Assembly (NCBI GenBank): GCA_031389965.1
Contig: JANMTA010000521.1
Location: 1 to 34,520, forward strand
From: Betaproteobacteria bacterium
Lineage (GTDB): Bacteria; Pseudomonadota; Gammaproteobacteria; Burkholderiales; Rhodocyclaceae
DNA length: 34,520 nucleotides
Direction: 5' to 3'
Shown: positions 22,482 to 32,100 of the stretch, in pieces
Numbering within the stretch: the first letter of the stretch is position 1
How the letters are laid out: each line of letters begins with the position of its first letter
Notes under the pieces: generated by a model
The model's database searches: none
What the model was told of the DNA's origin: nothing
Seen by the model: only the letters and a program-made list of their open reading frames with translations
Made by a program: the position numbers and the translations under genes

Positions 22482-23882
22482 ATGAGAACTCAGCACCGGG
22501 AATCAAGCGCGGCGACGCCAATGACTGATATGGGCGTCTGCATCGCTGTGCTCAAGGCGGCAGGCAACCTGATCCGCGTGCGCTCGGAAGTCGACCCGAA
22601 GTTTGAATTGGCGGGAATCGCACGCAAGCTTGAGGGCGGCAAGCCCGTGCTGTTCGAGTGCGTGAAGGGCCATGTCTTTCCGGTGCTCACCGGATTGCTG
22701 TGGAACCGCGCCATCGTCGCTTCGCTGTTCGGCATTGCCAAGGAGGAAGTGCCGTTTCGCATCGCCGCGGCGGTCGGTAAATGGCAGAGGAACAAGGCGG
22801 CGCTGCCATCCGCCATGCTTGAATCGGCGCCCGCCAACGAGGTGGTGGAGGACACCGTCGATCTGTCCCTGCTGCCGCTGCCGGTGCATGCGCTGAAGGA
22901 CGGTGGGCCGTATCTCGACTCATCGCTGGTCGTCGCCCGTAATCCGCAAACCGGCGGCATCAACGCGGCGATTCACCGCATGCAGATGACGCGCAAGGAC
23001 CGGCTGACTTTCCTCATCGATCCGGGGCGCCATCTTGAAGAGTACGTCGCCATTGCCGAGCGGCGCGGCGAGACGCTGCCGGTGACGATCAACAACGGTG
23101 TCGGGCTGGCACCCTGGATAGTCTCGTCGCTGCCGCGCCTGGGCGACGGCAAGCCCGCTATCGCCAACCATCTGGCAGGGCAGGCCATTCCATGGATGAA
23201 GGCGCAGACCGTCGATGTACCGGCCTATGCCGATGCGCAATTCGTCATCGAGGCGGAAATCCTGCCCGGCTTGCGCGAGTGGGAAGCGCCCTTCGCTGAA
23301 GTTACCGGCTATTACGGCGGCCGCGACAAGCGCTATGTCATGAAAGTGAAGAAGATCACGCGGCGGCGCAAGCCGGTGTTTCATACGGTGCTCTCCGGCC
23401 AGGAAGTCTGGAACGCGGTCGGCTTCACGGCAGAGGCGGCGATTTTTCGCGCGGTGCAGTCGAAAATTCCCCAGGTAAAGGCCGTCTACCTTCCGCCCGG
23501 GGGCTGCGGCTTCTACCAGGCGGTGGTGCAGGTGGCGAACACCCGCGCCGGTATCGGCAGGGATGTGATCACCGAGACGTTCAAGGCATTTCGTTCGTTG
23601 CAACGGGTCGTGGTGGTGGATACGGACGTTAACCTGTACGACGCAGTAGACGTCGATTGGGCGATTACCACCCGCTGCAACGCGGATACGGATCTGGTCA
23701 TCCTGCCCCACCAGGAGGGGCACATCCTGAATCCCATAGTCACGGTGAATCCGGACGGCAGGGGCGGCACGGTCACCAAGGTGGGAGTTGACGCCATGAT
23801 CCCCTTTGACGCGGACCGAAACCGATTCGCGCGAGTGAAGTTCAAGGATGTAAGTCTTTCAAGCTACGATATCGTGTTCTAG
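22482..23882 (+). CDS. UbiD-family (prenyl-FMN-dependent) decarboxylase
   Basis: EVDPKFEL, DGGPY, NAAIHR (catalytic Arg), EAPFAEVTGYY (E-x4-E), VVVDTDVN..DVDWAITTR, TKVGVDA. The real start may be ATG 22521. Confidence 0.9.
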   Translation: MRTQHRESSAATPMTDMGVCIAVLKAAGNLIRVRSEVDPKFELAGIARKLEGGKPVLFECVKGHVFPVLTGLLWNRAIVASLFGIAKEEVPFRIAAAVGKWQRNKAALPSAMLESAPANEVVEDTVDLSLLPLPVHALKDGGPYLDSSLVVARNPQTGGINAAIHRMQMTRKDRLTFLIDPGRHLEEYVAIAERRGETLPVTINNGVGLAPWIVSSLPRLGDGKPAIANHLAGQAIPWMKAQTVDVPAYADAQFVIEAEILPGLREWEAPFAEVTGYYGGRDKRYVMKVKKITRRRKPVFHTVLSGQEVWNAVGFTAEAAIFRAVQSKIPQVKAVYLPPGGCGFYQAVVQVANTRAGIGRDVITETFKAFRSLQRVVVVDTDVNLYDAVDVDWAITTRCNADTDLVILPHQEGHILNPIVTVNPDGRGGTVTKVGVDAMIPFDADRNRFARVKFKDVSLSSYDIVF

Positions 23883-23946
23883 ATGGATGGATTCACGCGC
23901 AACACGATTCACCGGGCGCAAGACTGCCCGTTGGCGGCAGTTGCTA

Positions 23947-23988
23947 TTGACACACCCGAGTGTCCACGTATACAGTATCCAGTATTCC
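23947..23988 (+). promoter_or_regulatory. promoter and putative repressor site for the ABC operon
   Basis: Perfect TTGACA (23947-23952), 18 bp, TACAGT (23971-23976); overlapped by tandem heptamers GTATACA GTATCCA GTATTCC (23968-23988). Confidence 0.6.
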
Positions 23989-24116
23989 ATGATGTGTGCG
24001 CGAAGCTGGCTTTGGGCGTGGCAGGCGAGTTTCTTTGAGGCCCTTTCGGCCTGCTCCATCGGATGTGACAAGCTTGCATGAATCAGTTTAAAAGCCAATA
24101 CGTGAGGAGACGGATT

Positions 24117-25280
24117 ATGAAAACAAAATTGCTTTGCCTGATCTTGGCCGGTGCGCTTTCGGGATACGTTCAAGCCGCGGACAAGATCAAGGTCGGCTTC
24201 ATCAGCACCCTGTCCGGTCCCGGCGGCGTGCTCGGGGCGGCCATCCGCGACGGCTTCAATCTGGCGCTGGAGCACACCGGCGGCAAGCTGGGCGGGCTGC
24301 CGGCCGAAGTGATCATCGAGGACGACCAGCAAAAGCCCGACGTGGCCAAGCAATTGGCGGACAGGCTGGTCAAGCGCGACAAGGTGGATATCGGCACCGG
24401 CATCGTCTTCCAGAACATTCTGCAGGCGGCGCAAGCATCGTTTCTCGGCGCCGATATCTTTTACATCAGTCCCAACACTGGTCCCTCGGACCTGGCCGGC
24501 GCCAACTGCAATCCCTATTTCTTTGCCGTCTCCTGGGTCAGCGACAGCTATTCCGAAGCCACTGGCAAGAACGTCAACGACAAAGGCTACAAGAATGTCT
24601 TTGTCATTGCGCCGAACTACCCCGGCGGCAAGGACGTGGTCAATGGCTTCAAGCGCTACTACAAGGGCGCTTACGCCGGCGAGGTTTACACCAAGCTCGG
24701 GCAGCTGGACTATGCGGTGGAGATATCGCAAATGCGCGCGGCCAAGCCCGATGCGGTGTTCTTCTTCCTGCCCGGCGGCATGGGCGTGAATTTCCTCAAG
24801 CAGTGGCAGCAGGCCGGCATGGGCAAGGATTTCCCGCTCTTCGGCACCGGCTGGTCCTTCGATCAGGACACGCTGGCGGCGGTCGGCGAGCCGACCCTGG
24901 GCGCGCTCAATGCGGCGCACTGGAATCTCGATCTGGACAATGCCGCCAACAAGAAATTCGTCGCCGACTTCGAAAAGAAATATGGCCGCCTGCCCAACGA
25001 GTACGCTTCACAGGGCTATGACGCAGCCATGCTGATCGATGCCGCGGTGCGCGACGTCAAGGGCAAGATCGAGGACAAGGCGGCGCTACGCAAGGCGCTC
25101 GAGGCCGCCACCTTCAAGTCTGTGCGCGGCGCGTTCAAGTTCAACAAGAACCATTTCCCGATCCAGAACTATTATCTGCGCCAGGTGGTGAAGGACGACA
25201 AGGGGCGCTACGTCAACAAGACGGTCAGCACGATTTTCACCGATCATCCGGACGCCTACGTGGCGGCCTGCAATATGTAG
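24117..25280 (+). CDS. ABC transporter substrate-binding protein, LivK/HAAT type (aromatic-acid-binding-like)
   Basis: RBS GAGGAG and ATG 24117; signal peptide ending VQA; IKVGFISTLSGP, EDDQQKP, APNYPGGKD, YASQGYDAA. Confidence 0.9.
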   Translation: MKTKLLCLILAGALSGYVQAADKIKVGFISTLSGPGGVLGAAIRDGFNLALEHTGGKLGGLPAEVIIEDDQQKPDVAKQLADRLVKRDKVDIGTGIVFQNILQAAQASFLGADIFYISPNTGPSDLAGANCNPYFFAVSWVSDSYSEATGKNVNDKGYKNVFVIAPNYPGGKDVVNGFKRYYKGAYAGEVYTKLGQLDYAVEISQMRAAKPDAVFFFLPGGMGVNFLKQWQQAGMGKDFPLFGTGWSFDQDTLAAVGEPTLGALNAAHWNLDLDNAANKKFVADFEKKYGRLPNEYASQGYDAAMLIDAAVRDVKGKIEDKAALRKALEAATFKSVRGAFKFNKNHFPIQNYYLRQVVKDDKGRYVNKTVSTIFTDHPDAYVAACNM

Positions 25281-25290
25281 GAAGGGCGAC

Positions 25291-25334
25291 CCGCCGGGCC
25301 GCAACTCCCCACCACCGGGAGGTGCGCGGCGGCC
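25291..25334 (+). other. GC-rich stem-loop between the SBP and permease genes
   Basis: CCGCCG..GCA.CTCCC / GGGAG.TGC..CGGCGG nested complementarity, no U tract; the first 12 nt (CCGCCGGGCCGC) closely match the start of the motif in the two junction inserts. Confidence 0.45.
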
Positions 25335-25348
25335 GATTCCAGACCGCG

Positions 25349-26269
25349 ATGACGTGGCTCCTGTTTCTCGAGCAGTGCCTCAACGGCCTGCAATTCGGGC
25401 TCATGCTGTTCCTGCTGGCGGCTGGGTTGACGCTGGTATTCGGCATCATGGACCTGATCAACCTGGCCCACGGTTCGCTTTACATGGTCGGCGCCTATCT
25501 GGTGGCGACCCTGACCCAGGCCACGGGTTCCTTTTTCCTCGCGGTGCCGCTTGGCATTGTGGCGACGGCATTGCTCGGCATGGTACTGGAGGCGATGGTG
25601 CTGCGCGGCCTGTACCGCCGTGACCACCTGAGCCAGGTACTGGCTACCTTTGCACTGATCCTGATTGCCAATGAAACCACCCGCGCCATCTGGGGTGTCC
25701 AGCCGCTTTCGCTGAATGTCCCGGACGGGTTGTCCGGCTCCGTGCAGCTGTTGCCGGGCTTAAGCTACTCCGCTTTTCGCCTGGCCATCATCGCCGTGGG
25801 CCTGGCCGTCGCGGCCTTGCTCTACTTCGTCGTAACGCGCACACGCATTGGCATGCTGGTGCGCGCCGGGGCGTCGAACCGGCAAATGGCGACCGCCATG
25901 GGTACCAACATCAAGTGGTTGTTTACCGCCGTATTCGGTGCCGGGGCTGCGCTGTGTGCGCTGGCCGGGGCGATGCTCGGCCCCTTGCTCGCGGTGCAGG
26001 TGGGCATGGGCGAGAACATCCTGATCCTGGCTTTCGTCACCGTCGTGATCGGCGGCATCGGCTCGATACGCGGCGCCTTTATCGGCGCGCTGCTGGTCGG
26101 TGTGGTGGACACCTTCGGTCGCGCCTTCATTCCGACCATCCTGCGCGCTGTTTTGTCGCCGGCCTTCGCCGATGCCGCGGGGCCGTCGTTGGCCGCCATC
26201 TCGATCTACCTGTTGATGATCGGCGTGCTGTTCTGGAAACCGCAGGGACTGTTCCCTGCCGGAAGTTGA
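25349..26269 (+). CDS. branched-chain amino acid-type ABC permease (LivH-like)
   Basis: EQCLNGLQFG..LAAGLTLVFGIMDLINLAHG, VVIGGIGSIRGA, KPQGLF. Confidence 0.92.
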   Translation: MTWLLFLEQCLNGLQFGLMLFLLAAGLTLVFGIMDLINLAHGSLYMVGAYLVATLTQATGSFFLAVPLGIVATALLGMVLEAMVLRGLYRRDHLSQVLATFALILIANETTRAIWGVQPLSLNVPDGLSGSVQLLPGLSYSAFRLAIIAVGLAVAALLYFVVTRTRIGMLVRAGASNRQMATAMGTNIKWLFTAVFGAGAALCALAGAMLGPLLAVQVGMGENILILAFVTVVIGGIGSIRGAFIGALLVGVVDTFGRAFIPTILRAVLSPAFADAAGPSLAAISIYLLMIGVLFWKPQGLFPAGS

Positions 26270-26271
26270 AC

Positions 26272-27213
26272 ATGCAGGCGCTGCGTCGCCATGCCTGGCT
26301 CATAGCGTTCATGGCGCTGGGCTTGGCGTTTCCCAAGCTGGCGGCCGTCGCCGGACAGGAGTATTACGTCTCCTTCGTCAGCCGTGTGCTGATCTGGGCC
26401 TTGCTCGCATCGAGCCTCAATCTGCTGGTCGGCATGGGCGGCATGGTGAGTCTGGGTCACGCCGCTTTTTTCGGTCTCGGCGCTTATGTGGTCGGCATTA
26501 TCGGGCTGGATGCGCCGCAATGGTCCGGGGCGCTCGTCGCCTGGCCGCTGGCCATGGCGGTCAGCGCCCTGGCGGCCCTGCTGATTGGCGTCATCAGCCT
26601 GCGCACGCGCGGCGTGTATTTCATCATGATCACCCTGGCCTTTGCCCAGATGCTGTTTTACGTCTTCGTCTCGCTCAAGGCCTATGGTGGCGACGACGGC
26701 ATGTCGCTGGCCCGGCGCTCGACCCTGCCGGGACTGAACATGGCCAACGACACCGTGTTCTATTACGTGGTCCTCGCGCTGCTCGGGGCGTGCCTGCACG
26801 CGCTGGGGCGCTTGCGGGATTCGCGCTTCGGTCGTGTCCTGCGTGGCATCAAGGACAACGAAGCGCGCATGGAATCGCTGGGTTATGCCACCTTTCGCTT
26901 CAAGCTGGCGGCCTTTGTCATCGCCGGCACGGTGGCGGGGCTTGCGGGGGCCCTGATGGCCAACCAGAACAGCTTCGTCAGCCCCAACATGCTGCACTGG
27001 GATCAATCGGGCACGACGCTGGTGATGATCATTCTCGGTGGGCTGGGCAGCCTCTGGGGCGGGCTCGCCGGCGCGGCGGTCTATCTCGTGCTGGAGGAAG
27101 TGCTGACCGCTTTCACCCGACACTGGCAGATTGCGCTGGGCCTGATCCTGCTGGGCGTAGTGTTCCATGCGCCGCAGGGCATTGCCGGCTTGTTCGCGAG
27201 GAAGAAGCCGTGA
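26272..27213 (+). CDS. branched-chain amino acid-type ABC permease (LivM-like)
   Basis: SLNLLVGMGGMVSLGHAAFFGLGAY, RGVYFIMITLAF, SRFGRVLRGIKDNE, ILGGLGS; ATG 26272. Confidence 0.92.
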   Translation: MQALRRHAWLIAFMALGLAFPKLAAVAGQEYYVSFVSRVLIWALLASSLNLLVGMGGMVSLGHAAFFGLGAYVVGIIGLDAPQWSGALVAWPLAMAVSALAALLIGVISLRTRGVYFIMITLAFAQMLFYVFVSLKAYGGDDGMSLARRSTLPGLNMANDTVFYYVVLALLGACLHALGRLRDSRFGRVLRGIKDNEARMESLGYATFRFKLAAFVIAGTVAGLAGALMANQNSFVSPNMLHWDQSGTTLVMIILGGLGSLWGGLAGAAVYLVLEEVLTAFTRHWQIALGLILLGVVFHAPQGIAGLFARKKP

Positions 27214-27977
27214 GCGAACTGCTGCTGGAAACGCGCGGGCTGCAAAAGCGCTTTGGCGGCCTGGTGGCGACCGATTCGGTGTCGCTGGCGATTCGCCGCG
27301 GCGAATGCCATGCCGTGATCGGTCCCAACGGCGCCGGCAAGACGACGCTGATCGGTCAGTTGTCCGGCGTCCTCGCTCCTGATGCCGGGTGCGTGCTTTT
27401 CGCCGGCCGCGACGTCACGGATTGCAGCGCGCACCGGCGCGCAATGCTTGGTTTCGCCCGCTCCTTCCAGATCACCAGTATCCTCGGCAGCTTCACGGTT
27501 GTCGACAACGTCGCGCTTGCCGTGCAAGCCGTCAGCGGGTCGAGCTTCCGCTTCTGGCACGCGGTGAACACCGAGACGGAACTGGCGGAGAAAGCTCTTG
27601 AGATTCTGCACAGGGTCGGACTTGAAGGCCTCGCCCAACGCACGGCGCGGGATTTGTCGCACGGCGAACACCGCCAGCTCGAACTCGCCCTGGCATTGGC
27701 AACGCGACCGCAATTGATGCTGCTCGACGAGCCGATGGCAGGCATGGGGCCGGACGAGTCGGAGCGCATGCTGTCCCTGATCGCCGGGCTCAAGGGCAGT
27801 CACACCATAGTCCTGGTGGAGCACGACATGGACGTGGTGTTTCGCCTGGCCGACCGCATTTCGGTGTTGGTGGCGGGGCGCATCATCGCCACCGGTTCGG
27901 GCGAGGAAATCCGCGCCAACGCCGAGGTCAGGAACGCCTATCTGGGCGACGACGCCAGCGGCGAGGGAATGCCATGA
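27210..27977 (+). CDS. ABC transporter ATP-binding protein (LivG-like)
   Basis: GTG 27210 overlapping the upstream stop; GPNGAGKT, RSFQ, LSHGE, LLDEP, VEHD, VRNAYLG. Confidence 0.92.
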   Translation: MSELLLETRGLQKRFGGLVATDSVSLAIRRGECHAVIGPNGAGKTTLIGQLSGVLAPDAGCVLFAGRDVTDCSAHRRAMLGFARSFQITSILGSFTVVDNVALAVQAVSGSSFRFWHAVNTETELAEKALEILHRVGLEGLAQRTARDLSHGEHRQLELALALATRPQLMLLDEPMAGMGPDESERMLSLIAGLKGSHTIVLVEHDMDVVFRLADRISVLVAGRIIATGSGEEIRANAEVRNAYLGDDASGEGMP

Positions 27978-27981
27978 GCGC

Positions 27982-28089
27982 TCCCCGCCGGGCCGTCCCA
28001 AGTGGAGCGCAGCCACACCATGGAGCCGCGCAGCGGCGAACTACTGTCACCCCCTCGCCTGGCGAGGGGGCTGGGGGGAGGGTAGTCCA

Positions 28090-28097
<8 letters not shown>
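27982..28097. repeat. 116-bp REP/MITE-like insert between the two ABC ATPase genes
   Basis: Bounded by direct repeat TGAGCGC (27975-27981 and 28091-28097); contains CCGCCGGGCCGTCCCAAG (27985-28002) and hairpin CCCCCTCGCC-t-GGCGAGGGGG followed by CTGGGGGGAGGG. Confidence 0.65.
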
Positions 28098-28800
<703 letters not shown>

Positions 28801-28827
28801 CCTCGCCGCGCAGCCGTGAATTCGACA

Positions 28828-29059
28828 GCGAGGCGCTGCACCTATCCATGATCACATGCCGGTGTTACCGGTGCCCGGACATTTCGACGCCTGGCTCGAT
28901 CCCGCCCATCGGGACGTTCGAGCGCTGAGCCAGTGCTTGCTGCCGGCGCCCGCAGGGGGTATGGTCGCGTGGCAGGTTGGCAGTCGGGTCAGCAGTGCCA
29001 GGAATGAAGGACCGGACCTGATCGCTCGTTCGGAGCGGTCAATGGCCAGGGAGGAGTGA
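28828..29059 (+). pseudogene. 3' remnant of an SOS response-associated peptidase (SRAP/YedK) gene
   Basis: In-frame APIHDHMPV..FDAWLDP..LLP..MVAWQVGSRVSSARNEGPDLI resembles the SRAP C-terminus (PIHDRMPV..WL..V...N.GP.LI). HDR is changed to HDH, there is an in-frame TGA at 28817-28819, and the N-terminal Cys domain is absent. Confidence 0.8.
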
Positions 29060-29063
29060 GCAC

Positions 29064-30116
29064 ATGATCAGGGAACGCGTCACACTGACTCAATTCATCA
29101 TCGAGGAACAGCGCCGCGTCAAGGATGCCCGCGGCGATTTCTCGGTTCTGCTCAACGACATCGTCACGGCCTGCAAGACCATCAGCCACCGTGTTTCGCG
29201 CGGCGGATTGGGCGCCGCTGACGAGGACCTGCGGGCCTATCTGGAGCGCGCAGCGGGCGACTCGATCATCGAGTCGACCCAGCGCACCGGTCGCCTGGCC
29301 GGATTGAGTTCCAAGTCGGTCGACGCCATGACGCCGATTCCGGCGCAATATTCGCGCGGCAACTATCTGCTGGCCTTCGATCCGCTCAACGGCTCCGGCA
29401 ACCTCGACATCAACTTCATGTCGGGTACGATTTTTTCGATATTGCGCGCAACGGACGGCAAACGGGAAGTCACGGCGCGGGATTTCCTGCAGCCCGGACA
29501 TGACATGGTGGCGGCCGGCTTCATGCTGTATGGCGCGTCGACGCGGCTGGTGCTGACCACCGGCAACGGCGTCAATGCCTTCATGCTCGATCGCGAAATC
29601 GGCGAGTTCGTCCTCACCCATCCGCAGATGAAGCTCCCCGACGATGCCGCCACCTTTGCCATCAACGCGTCCAACGAGCGTTTCTGGGAGCCGCCGGTGC
29701 GTCGCTACGTCAAGGAATGCCTGGCCGGCAAGACCGGTCCGCGCGGCCGCGATTTCGGCATGCGCTGGGTCGCCTCGCTGATCGCCGAGGCCTATCGTGT
29801 GCTGGTCAGGGGCGGCGTCTTCCTTTATCCGGTCGATGCCCGGACCCGCGATACGGGCGGCCGCCTCGGCCTGCTGCACGAAGCCAATCCGATTGCCTTC
29901 ATCATGGAACAGGCCGGCGGCGGCGCGACCACGGGGCGCGGCCGCATCCTCGATGTGGAGCCCACCGACCTGCACCAGCGAACCGCCTTCATTTTCGGCT
30001 CCAAGAGCGAGGTAGATCTGATTCAGCGCTACCACCAGGACTATGTCGAAGGCCGCGATTCCGACAATCACGACTTTCCCCTGTTCGGCCACCGTTCGCT
30101 TTTTCTTCACGAATAG
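29064..30116 (+). CDS. fbp: class 1 fructose-1,6-bisphosphatase homologue (CbbF-like) with degenerate catalytic motifs
   Basis: TLTQFIIEE, FDPLNGSGN..GTIFSI, QPG..MVAAGF.LYG, FAINASN.RFWEPPV, RGGVFLYP, EANP, HQR; RBS GGAGGAG. Confidence 0.88.
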   Translation: MIRERVTLTQFIIEEQRRVKDARGDFSVLLNDIVTACKTISHRVSRGGLGAADEDLRAYLERAAGDSIIESTQRTGRLAGLSSKSVDAMTPIPAQYSRGNYLLAFDPLNGSGNLDINFMSGTIFSILRATDGKREVTARDFLQPGHDMVAAGFMLYGASTRLVLTTGNGVNAFMLDREIGEFVLTHPQMKLPDDAATFAINASNERFWEPPVRRYVKECLAGKTGPRGRDFGMRWVASLIAEAYRVLVRGGVFLYPVDARTRDTGGRLGLLHEANPIAFIMEQAGGGATTGRGRILDVEPTDLHQRTAFIFGSKSEVDLIQRYHQDYVEGRDSDNHDFPLFGHRSLFLHE

Positions 30117-30200
30117 GCGCCGGCGGCGCTGCGGGCGGCGCAGCGTCGGCGATGCCGGCCAAAAGCCCTATCATGGCGCCATGTTTGCGCCTCGACCGTC

Positions 30201-32099
30201 ATGCCAGCCGCTCCGCTGAAAATTCTTTCCGTCATCCCGCCGATGACGCAGTTGAACACGCCCTATCCGTCGACGGCCTACCTGACCGGCTTCCTGCGTT
30301 CGCGCGGCTACACCGCCGTGCAGGAGGATCTGGCGTTGGCGCTGGTGCTGCGCCTGTTTTCGCCCGATGGCCTGCGCGCGCTGCGCGATTGCATCCAGGC
30401 CTTGCCGGCGAAGCAGCGCGCGCCGCGGGTGCAGGCCTTCGAGCGGCGGTTCGCGAGCTACCTGGCAACGATCGAGCCCGCCGTGGCCTTCCTGCAGGGG
30501 CGTGATCCATCCATAGCGCATCGCATCGCCGGGCGCAGTTTTTTGCCGGAAGGGTCGCGCTTCGCGCCGCTCGAAGCCTATGTCGATGACGAGGGCGGCG
30601 ACCCGCTGGCCTGGGCCTTCGGCGCGCTCGGCGTGACGGATCGCGCGCGCCACTTCGCCACGCTCTACCTCGACGACGTCGCCGACGTGCTGCGCGAGGC
30701 GGTCGATGCGCGCTTCGAGTTCGTCCGCTATGCCGAATCGCTGGCGCAGAGCCAGGCCACGTTCGAGCCGCTGGCGCAGGCCCTGGCCGCGCCGGAGAAC
30801 CTGGTCGATCGCAGCCTGCGCGAACTGACGCTGGATGCCGTGGCGCGCCATGAACCGCAACTCGTTCTGATCTCGGCGCCCTTTCCAGGCAATGTCTATG
30901 GCGCCTTCCGCATCGCGCAGGCGATCAAGGCGCACGATCCGGCCATCGTTACCGTGCTCGGTGGCGGCTTCGTCAATACCGAGTTGCGCGAACTGGCCGA
31001 GCCGCGTGTCTTCGACTATTTCGACTACGTCACGCTCGATGACGGCGAGCGTCCGCTGCTGGCGTTGCTGGAATATCTGCAGGGCATGCGGCCGCAGGAT
31101 CGGCTGGTGCGCACCTTTCTGCGCGGCGAAGAGGGCGTGCGCTACATCGATGGCAAGGAACCCGACATCCCCTTCGCCGAGGCCGGCACGCCGACCTGGG
31201 ACGGCCTGCCGCTCGACCGCTACCTGTCGCTGCTGGACATGCTCAATCCCATGCATCGCCTCTGGTCCGACGCGCGCTGGAACAAGCTGACCGTGGCCCA
31301 TGGCTGCTACTGGAAGAAGTGCAGCTTCTGCGATGTCTCGCTCGACTACATTTCGCGCTACGAGGCCATCGCGGCGACGACGCTGGTGGATCGTATCGAG
31401 ACCATCATCACCGAGACCGGGCAGACCGGTTTCCATTTCGTCGATGAGGCCGCGCCGCCCAAGGCGCTCAAGGCGCTCGCCGCCGCACTGCAGAAGCGCA
31501 ACCGGGCGATTTCCTGGTGGGGCAACATCCGCTTCGAGAAATCATTCACCGCGGAACTCTGTGCCGAACTTGCCGACAGCGGCTGCATTGCGGTGTCGGG
31601 CGGCCTCGAAGTGGCCTCCGACCGGCTGTTGAAACTCATGCAGAAGGGCGTTTCGGTCGACCAGGTGGCGCGCGTCACGCATGCCTTTTCCGAAGCCGGC
31701 ATCCTGGTGCATGCCTACCTGATGTACGGCTTCCCGACGCAGACCGTGCAGGACACGGTCGACGCCCTCGAATACGTGCGCCAGTTGTTCGCCGCCGGCT
31801 GCATCCAGTCCGGATTCTTCCACCGCTTTGCCTGCACCGTGCATTCGCCGGTCGGTTTGCATCCGGAACAGTACGGCGTCAGGCTCAAGCCGCTGCCGAA
31901 AGTGAGCTTCGCGAAGAATGATGTCGGTTTCATCGATCCCACCGGCGTCGATCATGATGCGCTGGGCATCGCCCTGAACAAGGCGCTCTACAACTACATG
32001 CACGGCCTCGGCCTTGATCAGGATGTGCGCAGCTGGTTCTCCGCCAGGGTGCCGAAGACCAAGGTGCCGCGGCATTTCATTGATCATGCCCTCGGCTGA
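30201..32099 (+). CDS. radical SAM protein, B12-binding-domain class, function unknown
   Basis: CYWKKCSFC (CxxxCxxC), FHFVDEA, SGGLE, HAYLMYGFP; N-terminal QLNTPYPST and VLGGG segments typical of this class. Confidence 0.85.
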   Translation: MPAAPLKILSVIPPMTQLNTPYPSTAYLTGFLRSRGYTAVQEDLALALVLRLFSPDGLRALRDCIQALPAKQRAPRVQAFERRFASYLATIEPAVAFLQGRDPSIAHRIAGRSFLPEGSRFAPLEAYVDDEGGDPLAWAFGALGVTDRARHFATLYLDDVADVLREAVDARFEFVRYAESLAQSQATFEPLAQALAAPENLVDRSLRELTLDAVARHEPQLVLISAPFPGNVYGAFRIAQAIKAHDPAIVTVLGGGFVNTELRELAEPRVFDYFDYVTLDDGERPLLALLEYLQGMRPQDRLVRTFLRGEEGVRYIDGKEPDIPFAEAGTPTWDGLPLDRYLSLLDMLNPMHRLWSDARWNKLTVAHGCYWKKCSFCDVSLDYISRYEAIAATTLVDRIETIITETGQTGFHFVDEAAPPKALKALAAALQKRNRAISWWGNIRFEKSFTAELCAELADSGCIAVSGGLEVASDRLLKLMQKGVSVDQVARVTHAFSEAGILVHAYLMYGFPTQTVQDTVDALEYVRQLFAAGCIQSGFFHRFACTVHSPVGLHPEQYGVRLKPLPKVSFAKNDVGFIDPTGVDHDALGIALNKALYNYMHGLGLDQDVRSWFSARVPKTKVPRHFIDHALG

Positions 32100-32100
32100 C

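Noticed and set aside
22457-22500. Tn7 or CAST element inserted at attTn7 after glmS
   Set aside because: No TGT/ACA termini, repeated TnsB sites, 5-bp duplication, tns/tniQ or cas genes in the window.
30117-30160. Intrinsic terminator after the fbp homologue
   Set aside because: A GC-rich hairpin is present but has no U tract on the plus strand; function cannot be supported.
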